A stretch of DNA of 32,000 nt from Candidatus Nitrosocaldus sp. (GCA_025054855.1 JANWZS010000004.1:22966-54965), one strand, 5' to 3'; shown: positions 1 to 9,252, numbered from the stretch's first letter. Notes: generated by a model from the letters alone, not told the origin. Numbers and translations are program-made.

Positions 1-1042
1 GGTTTCCCTTGCTCCAGTGCCTTGGGAGTACCCTGTTGAGTTCCTCTACAGTATTAGCGCTCAACTCAGCAAGCCTCCCCCCATTGGCTATGAGCGTATC
101 CGTAGCCATTATCGCTGGTCCTCCAGCATTGGTTATTATGGCTAGCCTAGGGCCTCTAGGGAGTGGTTGCTTTGCAAGTGCCTCAGCACAGTTGAACAGC
201 TCCGATATCTCCTCAACCCTGATCACACCTGCCCTCTTGAATGCTGCATCGTACACCGTATCCTCGCCAGCGAGTGAGCCTGTGTGCGACTGCACCGCTC
301 TAGCACTCTCTGCAAACTTGCCAGCCTTCACAACTATTATGGGCTTTGTTCTGGCGAAGTGCCTTGCAGCACTCATGAACCTCTTCGCATCGCTTATCCC
401 CTCTATGTAGAGGAGGATGCTCTTGGTCTCAGGGTCCTTGCCCAGATACTCTATCAGATCACCAAAGTCAACATCCAGCATAGAACCTACGGATACGAAC
501 GCACTTAACCCTATGCTCTCATTCACGGCCCAGTCTATTATCGCTGCGCCTAGAGCACCACTCTGGGATATCAGCGCTACACTCCCTGGCTTCGGTACCC
601 TGCTCAGGAACGTTGCGTTCAGGTTGCTGCTCGGCCTTATTATACCAAGGCAGTTGGGCCCTACTATGTTCAGCCCATACCTATCCCTAACATCGAGTAT
701 CTTCGCCTCGAGCGCTCTACCCTCATCCCCAACCTCCCTGAACCCTGCAGAGATTATGATGAGGTTCCTTATCCCTGCCCTTCCACACTGCTCAACTATC
801 CCTGGTACGGTTGCTGCTGGTGTTGCTATGACAGCAAGGTCAACCCCCTCTGGCAGATCCTCAACACTCCTGTACGCCTTTATGCCCAGAACCTCATCCT
901 TCCTTATGTTCACTGGGTATACCTTGCCATTATACTCCATGAGGTTCCTCATGAGCCTCCAGCCTACACTGCCCTGCTCATCACTTGCCCCTATCACTGC
1001 TATACTCTTGGGATTGAAGAAGGCTGAGAGATCACCAGCCAT
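1..1042 (-). CDS. ADP-forming (NDP-forming) acyl-CoA synthetase, N-terminal ~347 aa; the 3' end lies outside the window
   Basis: Absent from the ORF track because it runs off the left edge. My own minus-strand translation from the ATG at 1042-1040 gives MAGDLSAFFNPKSIAVIGASDEQGSVGWRLMRNL...GPNCLGIIRP...ALISQSGALGAAIIDWA...VQSHTGSLAGEDTVYDAAFKRAGVIRV. It has a CoA-binding Rossmann N-terminus and the phosphohistidine loop SHTGSLAG typical of the ACD family. The start codon abuts the phaC stop (TAGATG). Confidence 0.85.
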   Translation of the reverse strand, partial: MAGDLSAFFNPKSIAVIGASDEQGSVGWRLMRNLMEYNGKVYPVNIRKDEVLGIKAYRSVEDLPEGVDLAVIATPAATVPGIVEQCGRAGIRNLIIISAGFREVGDEGRALEAKILDVRDRYGLNIVGPNCLGIIRPSSNLNATFLSRVPKPGSVALISQSGALGAAIIDWAVNESIGLSAFVSVGSMLDVDFGDLIEYLGKDPETKSILLYIEGISDAKRFMSAARHFARTKPIIVVKAGKFAESARAVQSHTGSLAGEDTVYDAAFKRAGVIRVEEISELFNCAEALAKQPLPRGPRLAIITNAGGPAIMATDTLIANGGRLAELSANTVEELNRVLPRHWSKGN

Positions 1043-2536
1043 CTAACCACCTGCAGATACATCTGCCGCCTTCTTCCCCTTACCCTCCTCCACACCTCTA
1101 CCCTCCTCCTGCCTATCTCCCATCTTCATGTTCTCCTCCACCATCCTAGCCATCTCCATTATCCACCTTGCAACGTTGGGCCAGAGCTGCTTGTGTGCAA
1201 TGCTACTTATGCATAGACCTACATGCCCCCCGGGTATGCTCATGACCCTCTTCTCCCGACTCGAGACATGATCGTTTACTGCAAGTGTGGATGTTGGTGC
1301 TGTAAGATCATCGTTCTCAGCGACTATGGTCAGGAGTGGTAGATCTATGCTCTTCAGATCAACACTCCTACCATGCACCTTGAGCGTACCCTTCACCAGG
1401 GCATTGCCCTTGTACAGATCCTCTATAATCTGCTCGTAGAACCTGCCTGGGACATCTGGTGTGTTGTACAGCCATCTCTCAACGGCGAAGAACGTCTCTA
1501 CGAACGGCCTATCGTTGAGCCTCCTCAAGAGGTTGAGGTACTTCATGAGAGTGTACCTTACAGGGTTACGCAGAAGGAATGCTATATCCAGCACTTGACC
1601 GTTCATATGCCCATACTCTGCAACCAGCCTTCTGGCATCCATGGCCTTGGCCCATACAGCAAGTATGCCATCATCCCTATCAAAGTCCACTGGTGCTGCC
1701 ATGACGATGAGGCTGTTCAGCTTCTGCCTGTAGAGTGAGGCGTATATGAGCGATACTATCCCTCCCCAGCAGTAGCCAAGCATAGATATCCTATCCCTAC
1801 CGCTCTCCTCCCTAACCCTATCAACGGCCTCATCCATTATGTGTATGTAGTCATCGAGCGAGAGATGCTCATCATCATAGTCCATATGCCCCCAGTCCAG
1901 CAGGTACACATCCAGACCTTCATCCATGAGCCTCTTCACGACGCTCTTATCCCTGCTCACATCCATTATATGGTACCTGTTTATCATGGCATAGACTATG
2001 AGCACAGGATACCCTCTTCCTCCTCTATAGTGTAGAAGCCTAGTCTTGCCCTTCCTGTATATAACATCGTAACTGCTTGCATCCATTGGCAGATCATACG
2101 TTGATAGCATGAATGAGAGCATCCTTGTGTAAGATCGGAACTGCTCTACAAGCATCTCCTCAAATATTATATCGTAGTGCCTTACAGGGTAGATACGCCT
2201 CATAATAGCATGTATGCTGAGCCATGAGTCGAGGTAATCTGTCAGCATATGTGCAAACCTATCCGACTTTAACTCCTCATCCAGCATGGCATCCATCACA
2301 TTGAGCAGCCTCATGTAGAGATCCTCTCCCCCTCTACCCCTACCCATACCCCTACCCATAGCCATATCATCCTCCTGCAGCACCATCATCAACGCATTGT
2401 AGAATACACTTGAGTATGTATCGGATATCTTCAGCATGCTACTCACCATCCCCAGCCACTCTAGCGCCAACTTGTTGTATAGCATGGGTAATGGTACCGT
2501 TCGCTTAACCCATTCCCTTGTATACTCTGTAGCCAT
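1043..2536 (-). CDS. phaC: Poly(3-hydroxyalkanoate) synthase, class III-like PhaC, with N- and C-terminal extensions
   Basis: 497-aa ORF with an alpha/beta-hydrolase core. It carries the PhaC lipase-box variant G-Y-C-W-G-G (MLGYCWGGIV). The segments LLDWGH...DDY and PLLTIVAENDDLTAP...IPGGHVGL are typical of PhaC. It starts at an ATG. Confidence 0.85.
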   Translation of the reverse strand: MATEYTREWVKRTVPLPMLYNKLALEWLGMVSSMLKISDTYSSVFYNALMMVLQEDDMAMGRGMGRGRGGEDLYMRLLNVMDAMLDEELKSDRFAHMLTDYLDSWLSIHAIMRRIYPVRHYDIIFEEMLVEQFRSYTRMLSFMLSTYDLPMDASSYDVIYRKGKTRLLHYRGGRGYPVLIVYAMINRYHIMDVSRDKSVVKRLMDEGLDVYLLDWGHMDYDDEHLSLDDYIHIMDEAVDRVREESGRDRISMLGYCWGGIVSLIYASLYRQKLNSLIVMAAPVDFDRDDGILAVWAKAMDARRLVAEYGHMNGQVLDIAFLLRNPVRYTLMKYLNLLRRLNDRPFVETFFAVERWLYNTPDVPGRFYEQIIEDLYKGNALVKGTLKVHGRSVDLKSIDLPLLTIVAENDDLTAPTSTLAVNDHVSSREKRVMSIPGGHVGLCISSIAHKQLWPNVARWIMEMARMVEENMKMGDRQEEGRGVEEGKGKKAADVSAGG

Positions 2537-2627
2537 GTGGAGCGGTAGGGGGAGAGCATATTTAACTATTGCCTTTACAAGCCTAGTATTACCCTATCGT
2601 GCCCTATCCTACCCTATCATGCCACCT

Positions 2628-3356
2628 CTAGACCTTCCTAACTATCATGTGTATCAATGGGTCCTCCCTCCTGATCTCCAGCAGTTCATGCCCCCTCTCC
2701 TCGCTCCATCGTACTATCTCTATGTCAGCGGTAGGGTCATCGGATACAACATGCACAACCTCACCCCTCTCGATCCTACTCACAAGCTCATCCAGCTTTG
2801 GGATCACTGCAGCGCACTCTACGCCTATCTCGAACATCTCGTGATCGGGGAAGGCGGAGAAGCACCTCACATGCATCTCCCTTATCCTCTCAGCGAGCCT
2901 ATCCCTGCACCTATCGAGGGGCTCCAGCATGCCTAGATCACCAGCACTGCTAGAATCAACATCCATGAGTGCAATCCAGCCATCCCCGTAGGGGTCATCA
3001 TTGGCGATCTTCGGCCTATCCTGCAACAGCCTGTTCACCTGCACTATCCTACCCCTTGCTGGGGACCTCACCACACCAAAGTACTTTGGGCTCTCGATGC
3101 TTGCTATGCTCTTACCCCTCTCCACCTCTGTACCCTCAGCCCTGATCCTCACGCTGGTGAGCCTGCCTGCAACATACGCCAGTATGCTCGTTATCCCTAT
3201 CCTTATCCTGAGCGTACCATATACATCCTGTGCACCTCTGAACCTTCCCCCTTCTGCACCCCCTCCCTCTACCCTGACCCATACAAGGTTCTCCAGATCG
3301 TACAGTAGTGCTTCATCGAACGCACAGTTCTCTACCTTGATCATGGCATCCTGCAC
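2628..3356 (-). CDS. Fusion protein: GcvH-like lipoyl-carrier domain plus C-terminal TusA/SirA-like domain
   Basis: The N-terminal half has SIESPKYFGVVRSPARGRIVQVN...DPYGDGWI. This aligns by eye with the GcvH pattern ESVKA...P.sG.v..vN...DPYgeGWl, and the lipoyl-Lys position is kept. The C-terminal ~70 aa (FEIGVECAAVIPKLDELVSRIERGEVVHVVSDDPTADIEIVRWSEERGHELLEI) matches the TusA fold pattern and keeps the Cys but not CPxP. Position 3356 is a GTG; an ATG at 3344 is an alternative start. Confidence 0.6.
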   Translation of the reverse strand: MQDAMIKVENCAFDEALLYDLENLVWVRVEGGGAEGGRFRGAQDVYGTLRIRIGITSILAYVAGRLTSVRIRAEGTEVERGKSIASIESPKYFGVVRSPARGRIVQVNRLLQDRPKIANDDPYGDGWIALMDVDSSSAGDLGMLEPLDRCRDRLAERIREMHVRCFSAFPDHEMFEIGVECAAVIPKLDELVSRIERGEVVHVVSDDPTADIEIVRWSEERGHELLEIRREDPLIHMIVRKV

Positions 3357-3407
3357 GAGAGTATCCTATTTATCCTTCACATTAAGGACGGCACATTATT
3401 TACAATT

Positions 3408-3418
3408 GTATAAATATT
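3408..3418 (+). promoter_or_regulatory. TATA-box-like element upstream of uppS
   Basis: The sequence GTATAAATATT ends 25 nt before the ATG at 3444. This spacing is consistent with a leaderless or very short-leader archaeal transcript. Confidence 0.4.
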
Positions 3419-3443
3419 CTCTACCTGTGTGTATTAGTGCAGG

Positions 3444-4265
3444 ATGGGGAAGAGAGGGAATGCCATGCATATAGTGATAAGCGTGATAAGGCATCTGCTC
3501 AACATCACTGGTGCGTATAGAGTCTACGAGTGGTACCTAGAGAAGCAACTAGATCCCAGCAGGATACCCAACCACATCGGGATAATAATGGATGGGAACA
3601 GGAGATGGTCTGACTCTCTTATGTTCGATAGGCTTGATGGTTATGCCATGGGCGCAGATAAGGTGTACAAGGCAGTCGAGTGGTGCATGGATATGGGAGT
3701 CAGGCAGATAACCCTCTACGTGCTCTCGCTCGAGAACCTGAGGAGGAGCAAGGATGATCTGGATGCGCTCTTCAGGGTGCTAGAGGCGAAGTTGGATAGC
3801 CTCTACCACGACGCAAGGGTGTATGAGAAGGGGATGAGGATAAAGGCAATAGGAAGGATTGAGAGGCTACCTGAGGGTATAAGGAGCAGGATAGCCAGGC
3901 TCGAGGAGGCTACCAAGGATCATGACAGGTACTACATCACGCTAGCAGTAGCGTATGGAGGGAGGGGGGAGATAGTCGAGAGTATAAAGAGGATAGCAGA
4001 GAAGGTCAGGAGGGGTGAACTGAGCCCAGATGCCATAGATGAGAGCGTTATAGAGGAGCATCTCTACACCAGCGACCTCCCGAAGCAGGAGCCGGACCTC
4101 ATAATAAGGACGTCTGGCGAGGTTAGGCTCAGTGGATTCCTGCTATGGCAGTCAGCATACAGCGAACTCGTCTTCCTGGATGTCCTATGGCCAGAGTTCA
4201 GGAGGATAGATCTGCTAAGGGCCATAAGGATGTACCAGAGCAGGAAGAGGCGATATGGGCTATGA
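3444..4265 (+). CDS. uppS: Cis-prenyltransferase (undecaprenyl/polyprenyl diphosphate synthase, UppS family)
   Basis: It has the hallmark HIGIIMDGNRRWS motif, plus ITLYVLSLENLRR and IRTSGEVRLSGFLLWQSAYSEL, all classical UPPS motifs. Confidence 0.9.
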   Translation: MGKRGNAMHIVISVIRHLLNITGAYRVYEWYLEKQLDPSRIPNHIGIIMDGNRRWSDSLMFDRLDGYAMGADKVYKAVEWCMDMGVRQITLYVLSLENLRRSKDDLDALFRVLEAKLDSLYHDARVYEKGMRIKAIGRIERLPEGIRSRIARLEEATKDHDRYYITLAVAYGGRGEIVESIKRIAEKVRRGELSPDAIDESVIEEHLYTSDLPKQEPDLIIRTSGEVRLSGFLLWQSAYSELVFLDVLWPEFRRIDLLRAIRMYQSRKRRYGL

Positions 4266-4435
4266 TACATCTCCATGACCTGTAGTCTACCTGCACATGC
4301 ATAGTTTACTATCCGTAGCATGCACAATCACACCCTCATCAGTTCATTTATAGCCAGTGGTTAAGCCCTACTGACAATCCTATCATAGCGTATGCTCATA
4401 GTCATATATATTGCATGTAATTGGTACCTTGCTCC

Positions 4436-5071
4436 ATGGCCATGAACATGCTAGGGATAATATACATACCATTCATGCAGTACTTCGATACATCTATAGT
4501 GATAAGGGCAGCGGAGTCCCTTGCACCGCTGACGTATGCAGTCGTCATAGGTATAGGCACTGCACAGGGCATCATAATCGGGGAGGCTGTGGTTGAGAGG
4601 TTCCCAAGGCTAACATTCCATGCTAGGGTAGCATCTATAGCGCTCTTCATCCTATTCGCTACCAATGCAGTTGCCAATATACTCAGGTTCATAAGCCCAA
4701 GGAAGATACATACCCCTCCACTGCTGAATGGTAGCGAAGGTCTAGCAGCAATAAGCAGGTTCATAGATCTGAGCAATCCTACCACACTGCTGACATTCTC
4801 GATGAGCATACTGGTGTTTGCACTGCTCAGCGTGCTGAGGATAAGGGACTACAGGAGGTCGTTCCTGCTGATAATAAGCATAGTCATGGCATTCATAACA
4901 TCTGCCCTAATCTTCTCAGACTACAGGCCATCGGAGTTCGAGGTGCTCCTGTATGCATTGTACCAGGCAGGGATTGTTGGGGGAGTGGCCTTGGGCACCA
5001 GGAGGCAGCTGAGCAACAGGGAGATAAGGTTCAGGTATCTGAGGGAGAGGTGGATGGGTAGTAGTGAGTGA
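4436..5071 (+). CDS. Hypothetical multi-pass membrane protein
   Basis: About 6 hydrophobic segments and no recognisable family. The track ORF begins at a TTG (4421). I prefer the ATG at 4436, which lies 22 nt downstream of the TATA-like CATATATATTG. The overlapping minus ORF 4402..4809 looks like a shadow ORF. Confidence 0.5.
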   Translation: MAMNMLGIIYIPFMQYFDTSIVIRAAESLAPLTYAVVIGIGTAQGIIIGEAVVERFPRLTFHARVASIALFILFATNAVANILRFISPRKIHTPPLLNGSEGLAAISRFIDLSNPTTLLTFSMSILVFALLSVLRIRDYRRSFLLIISIVMAFITSALIFSDYRPSEFEVLLYALYQAGIVGGVALGTRRQLSNREIRFRYLRERWMGSSE

Positions 5072-5130
5072 TCCAGCATGATGGTTACTTGATGAACTGT
5101 AGCGTGCAGGGCGACATACATACAATCATC

Positions 5131-6471
5131 TCACTTGCTAGTAGCGATCGTTCCATCCCTCAGGCTACGCATCAGGTAGAGTGGTATTATCACCATCCCA
5201 ACTATGAAGAGCGCAAGGTATGGGGCATCTATGCTGAGTGCATCAGCAACTATGCCAGAGGCCAGCGGGCCAAGTGCCCACCCCACACCAAATATGGTCT
5301 CGTAGAGCCCTACCATACTGCCTATCATCACACTAGGCACGTTACGTGTGAGCATGGTGAGTGTTATGGGGAAGTAGATGCTGAATGCAAAACCCAGAGC
5401 CAGCAGTGCCACGCCGAAGTGGTATGGCGTAGGCGTAGCATGCATTATGAGCATGGATGAGGCTATGGCACCACTTGCGATGAGTATGCTGATATGCTCA
5501 TACCTTGCGAATATCTGGATGGAGAAGAGCGTGAGCAGCCTCGCTACCCCGAATATGAAGAATAGCATGCCTATGAGATGCTCATCCACACCGTTATCCT
5601 TCATGTAGCTCGGCACTATGGAGAGCAGCACTGCAAACGATGCACTGTAGTACGTTATCATAGCTATGAGCATAACCCTGCCCTTGACCATGCTGAAGAT
5701 AGTTAGACCTGTACCTTTCCCTACCTCCTTCCTACTCCTGACATTCATGGAGTGTCCATACCTCGATACCAGCATGATGGAGCATACTAGCGCTGGGATG
5801 ACCATTGCTGAGGAGTATATGAAGAGTTGGATGTATCCCAGATGGAAGAGTGATGAGCCTATGAGCGGGCCTACCATGTAGCCAACTACCCATGCCATGG
5901 TGAATCTGGATATGGATCTTACAGTACCTATGCTACCGCTACTGCTGCTACTACTGCTGCTGTCACCACCTCTACCATCGCTGCTACCACTTCTACTGCT
6001 AGAGCTCCCCCTGTGGTTGCTATCATTACCATCACCATGCTCATAACCCTTCATGCTTATCATCGCCTCTGCTGCTGGCCAGAACAGCGCATGTGCTACA
6101 CCAGAGAATGCCCTTATCAGCGCAAGATCGAGTACATTCCTTGTCATGCTCAACATAGCTATGGATGCTAGGGCCATGCCAACTCCTGCAACAAGTATAC
6201 CCCCCTTGTTCAGTCTATCGAGCAGTAGCCCAACTATGAGAGGGAAGAACGCATATGGCAGATAGTTTGCCATCCCCACCATGCCAACCTCCGTGTACGT
6301 TGCGTTGAGCACCTCCCTGGCGAATACTGGTACAGATGGCACATGGGCACCATAGGCTATACCCATAGAGAGGGCTGATGTATAGAGTAGGAGTAGCATA
6401 CCACCGCCATTACCACCCCTATCACTACGACTACCACTACCATCACCACCACCCCTTCTACCGTAATCCAT
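5131..6471 (-). CDS. MFS transporter with Gly/Ser-rich low-complexity insertions
   Basis: About 12 hydrophobic helices and the MFS motif-A-like GLLLDRLNKGG between TM2 and TM3. The central loop carries HGDGNDSNHRGSSSSRSGSSDGRGGDSSSSSSSSGS. The track start (6564) is a TTG inside the (CAAT)n repeat, so I prefer the ATG at 6471 (MDYGRRGGG...), which has a TAATAT element about 26 nt upstream. Confidence 0.8.
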   Translation of the reverse strand: MDYGRRGGGDGSGSRSDRGGNGGGMLLLLYTSALSMGIAYGAHVPSVPVFAREVLNATYTEVGMVGMANYLPYAFFPLIVGLLLDRLNKGGILVAGVGMALASIAMLSMTRNVLDLALIRAFSGVAHALFWPAAEAMISMKGYEHGDGNDSNHRGSSSSRSGSSDGRGGDSSSSSSSSGSIGTVRSISRFTMAWVVGYMVGPLIGSSLFHLGYIQLFIYSSAMVIPALVCSIMLVSRYGHSMNVRSRKEVGKGTGLTIFSMVKGRVMLIAMITYYSASFAVLLSIVPSYMKDNGVDEHLIGMLFFIFGVARLLTLFSIQIFARYEHISILIASGAIASSMLIMHATPTPYHFGVALLALGFAFSIYFPITLTMLTRNVPSVMIGSMVGLYETIFGVGWALGPLASGIVADALSIDAPYLALFIVGMVIIPLYLMRSLRDGTIATSK

Positions 6472-6550
6472 GCATATTGTTTGGATGCTAGATATTACTC
6501 CCTTTCTATTACCATCATCAATGGATCGATCCATCAACCATCTACACATA

Positions 6551-6610
<60 letters not shown>

Positions 6611-6655
6611 CATCAACCAATTAATCCAGCCTACCCATCGATCTCACCAGCATCC

Positions 6656-7360
6656 TCACTTCGATGCTATGAAGATTACTGCAGCACCAAGCATCCTGGA
6701 TACAAGCCTTACGCTACTGAACCTCTCCCTGAGCATCGCAAGGAGCTCCGAGTTCCTGGGTAGCCTCCTGTACGTATCGTATATCGCAGCGAACCTGAGC
6801 CCTAGCCTACCAGCAGCAAGGAAGGCCAGCATGGCAAGTATGAACCTGAGGTATATCGTTGCTCCAAGTCTAGCCAGTGGGTCATCTGGCTTACCTATAT
6901 CGACTATAACCAGCTTACCATCATCCTTGAGCACTCTATGGAACTCCCTTATCGCATCGCTCATTATCATCGCATCCCTGAATGAGTACCCGCATACTAT
7001 GGCATCGAACGTGTTGTCGCTGAACGGGATATGCTCGAATACACCAGATACCAGCGATACCCTGCACTCGCTACCCTCCACCATCTTCATGCTCTTACTT
7101 GCAAGATAGAGCATCTCCACTATCGGATCGAGCATTATTACCTTGGTATTCGGGAATATCCTAAGGATGCTCTTACTCATGTTGCCGAAGCCAGAGCCAG
7201 CATCCAGCACGAGGTCACCATCCTTGACGCCTCCAGTTATCCCAAGAATCCTCAATCCTTCGGCCCTGCCTAGGGAGATCACGCTGTTCACCCTATCGTA
7301 CACGGGTATGACCTCCCTGAGCACCTCTATTATGCTGCCCCACTCATCCTTGAGCCCCAT
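6656..7360 (-). CDS. ubiE: UbiE/MenG-family SAM-dependent methyltransferase (demethylmenaquinone methyltransferase-like)
   Basis: The N-terminal YDRVNSVISLGRAEGLR resembles the UbiE signature YD.mN...S.G.h..WR. It has the SAM motif I VLDAGSGFG and a post-I acidic residue (VIMLDP). Confidence 0.8.
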   Translation of the reverse strand: MGLKDEWGSIIEVLREVIPVYDRVNSVISLGRAEGLRILGITGGVKDGDLVLDAGSGFGNMSKSILRIFPNTKVIMLDPIVEMLYLASKSMKMVEGSECRVSLVSGVFEHIPFSDNTFDAIVCGYSFRDAMIMSDAIREFHRVLKDDGKLVIVDIGKPDDPLARLGATIYLRFILAMLAFLAAGRLGLRFAAIYDTYRRLPRNSELLAMLRERFSSVRLVSRMLGAAVIFIASK

Positions 7361-7373
7361 CCCCTTGCTTCAC

Positions 7374-7733
7374 CTAGAGCAGCTTGAGCCCTCCAGTAAC
7401 CTTGTCTATGACCTCCGCTGGTGCAGGGCCTATGGCTATGCATGTTGTCGTCCCAGGCTCCAGCTGTGTCAGCCCAGCATCATCAACCTGTACAACTGGC
7501 AGATCCAACTCCTCAGCCCTCTGCTTCACCTGCATCAACTCCTCCATACCCTTGACCTTGAGCACTATCTTAGCCTGCCCATGCCTCATCCAGGACTCGA
7601 ACCACTCCCTCCTCAGCGCCCTCACCCTCTCAGCCCCAAGCACTGCAGCGTGCGCAACCTGTGCAGCCACCTTCCCCGTACCCATAGATATATCCCTCCT
7701 CACAACTATAACCTGTTTGATCATGCTAGACAT
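7374..7733 (-). CDS. pth2: Peptidyl-tRNA hydrolase, archaeal type (Pth2)
   Basis: 119 aa. KQVIVVRRDISMGTGKVAAQVAHAAV...GQAKIVLKV...VDDAGLTQLEPGTTTCIAIGP is the canonical PTH2 pattern. Confidence 0.9.
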   Translation of the reverse strand: MSSMIKQVIVVRRDISMGTGKVAAQVAHAAVLGAERVRALRREWFESWMRHGQAKIVLKVKGMEELMQVKQRAEELDLPVVQVDDAGLTQLEPGTTTCIAIGPAPAEVIDKVTGGLKLL

Positions 7734-7776
7734 TACTCAAGCTTAAATAGATAGGGATATCATCCTTCCTGTGAAG

Positions 7777-9018
7777 ATGTATGATGCGATAGTGATGGGG
7801 GGTAGCATAGCGGGTCTACTCGCTGCCAGGGAGATCGCCAGGAGGAGGTGTTCAGTTCTTGTACTTGAGGAGGATGCAGAGATTGGAACGCCAGAGCACT
7901 GCGGAGGGCTGGTGAGCAGGAGCGCACTAAGATCACTTGCCATAGATGAGTACACCGTGCTGAGCAGGGTAAGGCATGCAACAATAACGGTCAGGGATGT
8001 GAGTATAGAGATGGATGCGGAGAGGCAGGATGTCATAGCAGTGGATAGGAGGGCCCTTGACAAGTACGTGGCAAGGCAGGCAAGCAGAGATGGTGCTGAT
8101 GTGATGCTTATGTGCAGGGCAAGGTCGTTTGCTGTACATGGTGATCATGTGAGGGTTGATACCAGCAGGGGTGTGATGGAGTGCAGGGTACTGGTCGATG
8201 CCAGGGGATGTGCAGTCCCTGCAAGTAGTGGCAGAGGGTTCCTACCCTCGGCACAGTACGAGATAGACTCTGCAGCATGGATAGAGGATGGGAGGGTTGA
8301 GGTGCACATAGATCAGGAGATGTATCCAGGGTTCTTTGCATGGGTCATACCCAGTGGCAGTGGAAGGGGTAGGGTTGGTGTAGCTGGCAAGGGCATAAAC
8401 GTTGCATCGAGGATAGAGGGGTTCATAGCAACCAGGGAGATGGCTGGGTATGCTCATGATGTTGGTAGCAGTGATAATGGCAATGGCGATGGTGATTATG
8501 GCAGGAGCGGTATGGGCAACGGTAAAGGTAGGTGTGTTACGCTTAGGAAGGTCTTCGCACCAATATGGGTTGATGGGCCACGGAGACCGTTCGTGAGGGA
8601 TGGGAGGGTTGTGATCGTAGGTGATGCTGCAGGTCAGGCAAAACCAACCACTGCTGGAGGGATATACACATCTGGCATGGGGGGTGTACTTGCTGGCACT
8701 GCCATAGCGGAGGCACTGACAAGCAGTAACCTTGCCATGCTCAGCAGGTATGAGGATGAGTGGCTCAATATGTTCGGCAGGGAGTTCGAGAGGATGCTCA
8801 TGCTCAGGAGGCTATTCGAGAGGCTGGATAACAGAGCCATAGGCAGGATACTCCTCTCCGTAGGCTCATACGTGATGGATGAGGTATCTGCATCTGGGGA
8901 CTTTGACTTCCACTCCTCAGCACTCGCAAGGATGCTCATGAGCAGGGATGGGCTGAGCATAGCCAGGGCTATCCTTGGGAGTGAGTTCAGGAGGCTCATC
9001 GGTATAGCAAAGATATAA
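7777..9018 (+). CDS. FAD-dependent geranylgeranyl reductase-family oxidoreductase
   Basis: It has the N-terminal dinucleotide fold MYDAIVMGGSIAGLLAA...VLVLEE, a CGG motif (EHCGGLVS) and GDAAGQAKPTTAGGI. It carries a low-complexity insertion, SSDNGNGDGDYGRSGMGNGKG. The track start at 7771 is a GTG; the ATG at 7777 is preferred. Confidence 0.8.
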   Translation: MYDAIVMGGSIAGLLAAREIARRRCSVLVLEEDAEIGTPEHCGGLVSRSALRSLAIDEYTVLSRVRHATITVRDVSIEMDAERQDVIAVDRRALDKYVARQASRDGADVMLMCRARSFAVHGDHVRVDTSRGVMECRVLVDARGCAVPASSGRGFLPSAQYEIDSAAWIEDGRVEVHIDQEMYPGFFAWVIPSGSGRGRVGVAGKGINVASRIEGFIATREMAGYAHDVGSSDNGNGDGDYGRSGMGNGKGRCVTLRKVFAPIWVDGPRRPFVRDGRVVIVGDAAGQAKPTTAGGIYTSGMGGVLAGTAIAEALTSSNLAMLSRYEDEWLNMFGREFERMLMLRRLFERLDNRAIGRILLSVGSYVMDEVSASGDFDFHSSALARMLMSRDGLSIARAILGSEFRRLIGIAKI

Positions 9019-9043
9019 ATTAGATCTTCTAGGGTAGCAACTC

Positions 9044-9226
9044 ATGTCACAGAGGGCAATAACACTACCTATATGCGTGTCATGCAACAGGGTGATAATG
9101 CCCAACGACAGATGCGTCAGGTTCAACTGCCCCAGATGCAACGGGTTCCTCATATGGAGGTGTGAGTCGTGCAGGGAGTTCGCAAGGATGTACAGGTGCA
9201 GGGAGTGCGGGTTCGAGGGGCCATAG
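9044..9226 (+). CDS. Small Zn-ribbon protein (COG2888-like, typically linked to aEF-1beta)
   Basis: 60 aa with four CxxC pairs (CVSC, CPRC, CESC, CREC). It sits directly upstream of aEF-1beta, as in many archaea. Confidence 0.75.
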   Translation: MSQRAITLPICVSCNRVIMPNDRCVRFNCPRCNGFLIWRCESCREFARMYRCRECGFEGP

Positions 9227-9252
9227 CCTGAGGTAGGTGGGTGGATGATAGT

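Noticed and set aside
9-1046. Two plus-strand track ORFs (9..410 and 417..1046; 133 and 209 aa).
   Set aside because: Their products are Ser/Leu/Ala/Pro-rich low-complexity sequences. They lie exactly antisense to a clearly recognisable ADP-forming acyl-CoA synthetase reading frame on the minus strand, so they are shadow ORFs.
4402-4809. A 135-aa minus-strand ORF overlapping the 4436..5071 membrane-protein gene.
   Set aside because: The plus-strand frame is longer, has an ATG preceded by a TATA-like box, and has regular TM-helix periodicity. The two cannot both be real, but confidence in either one is only moderate.
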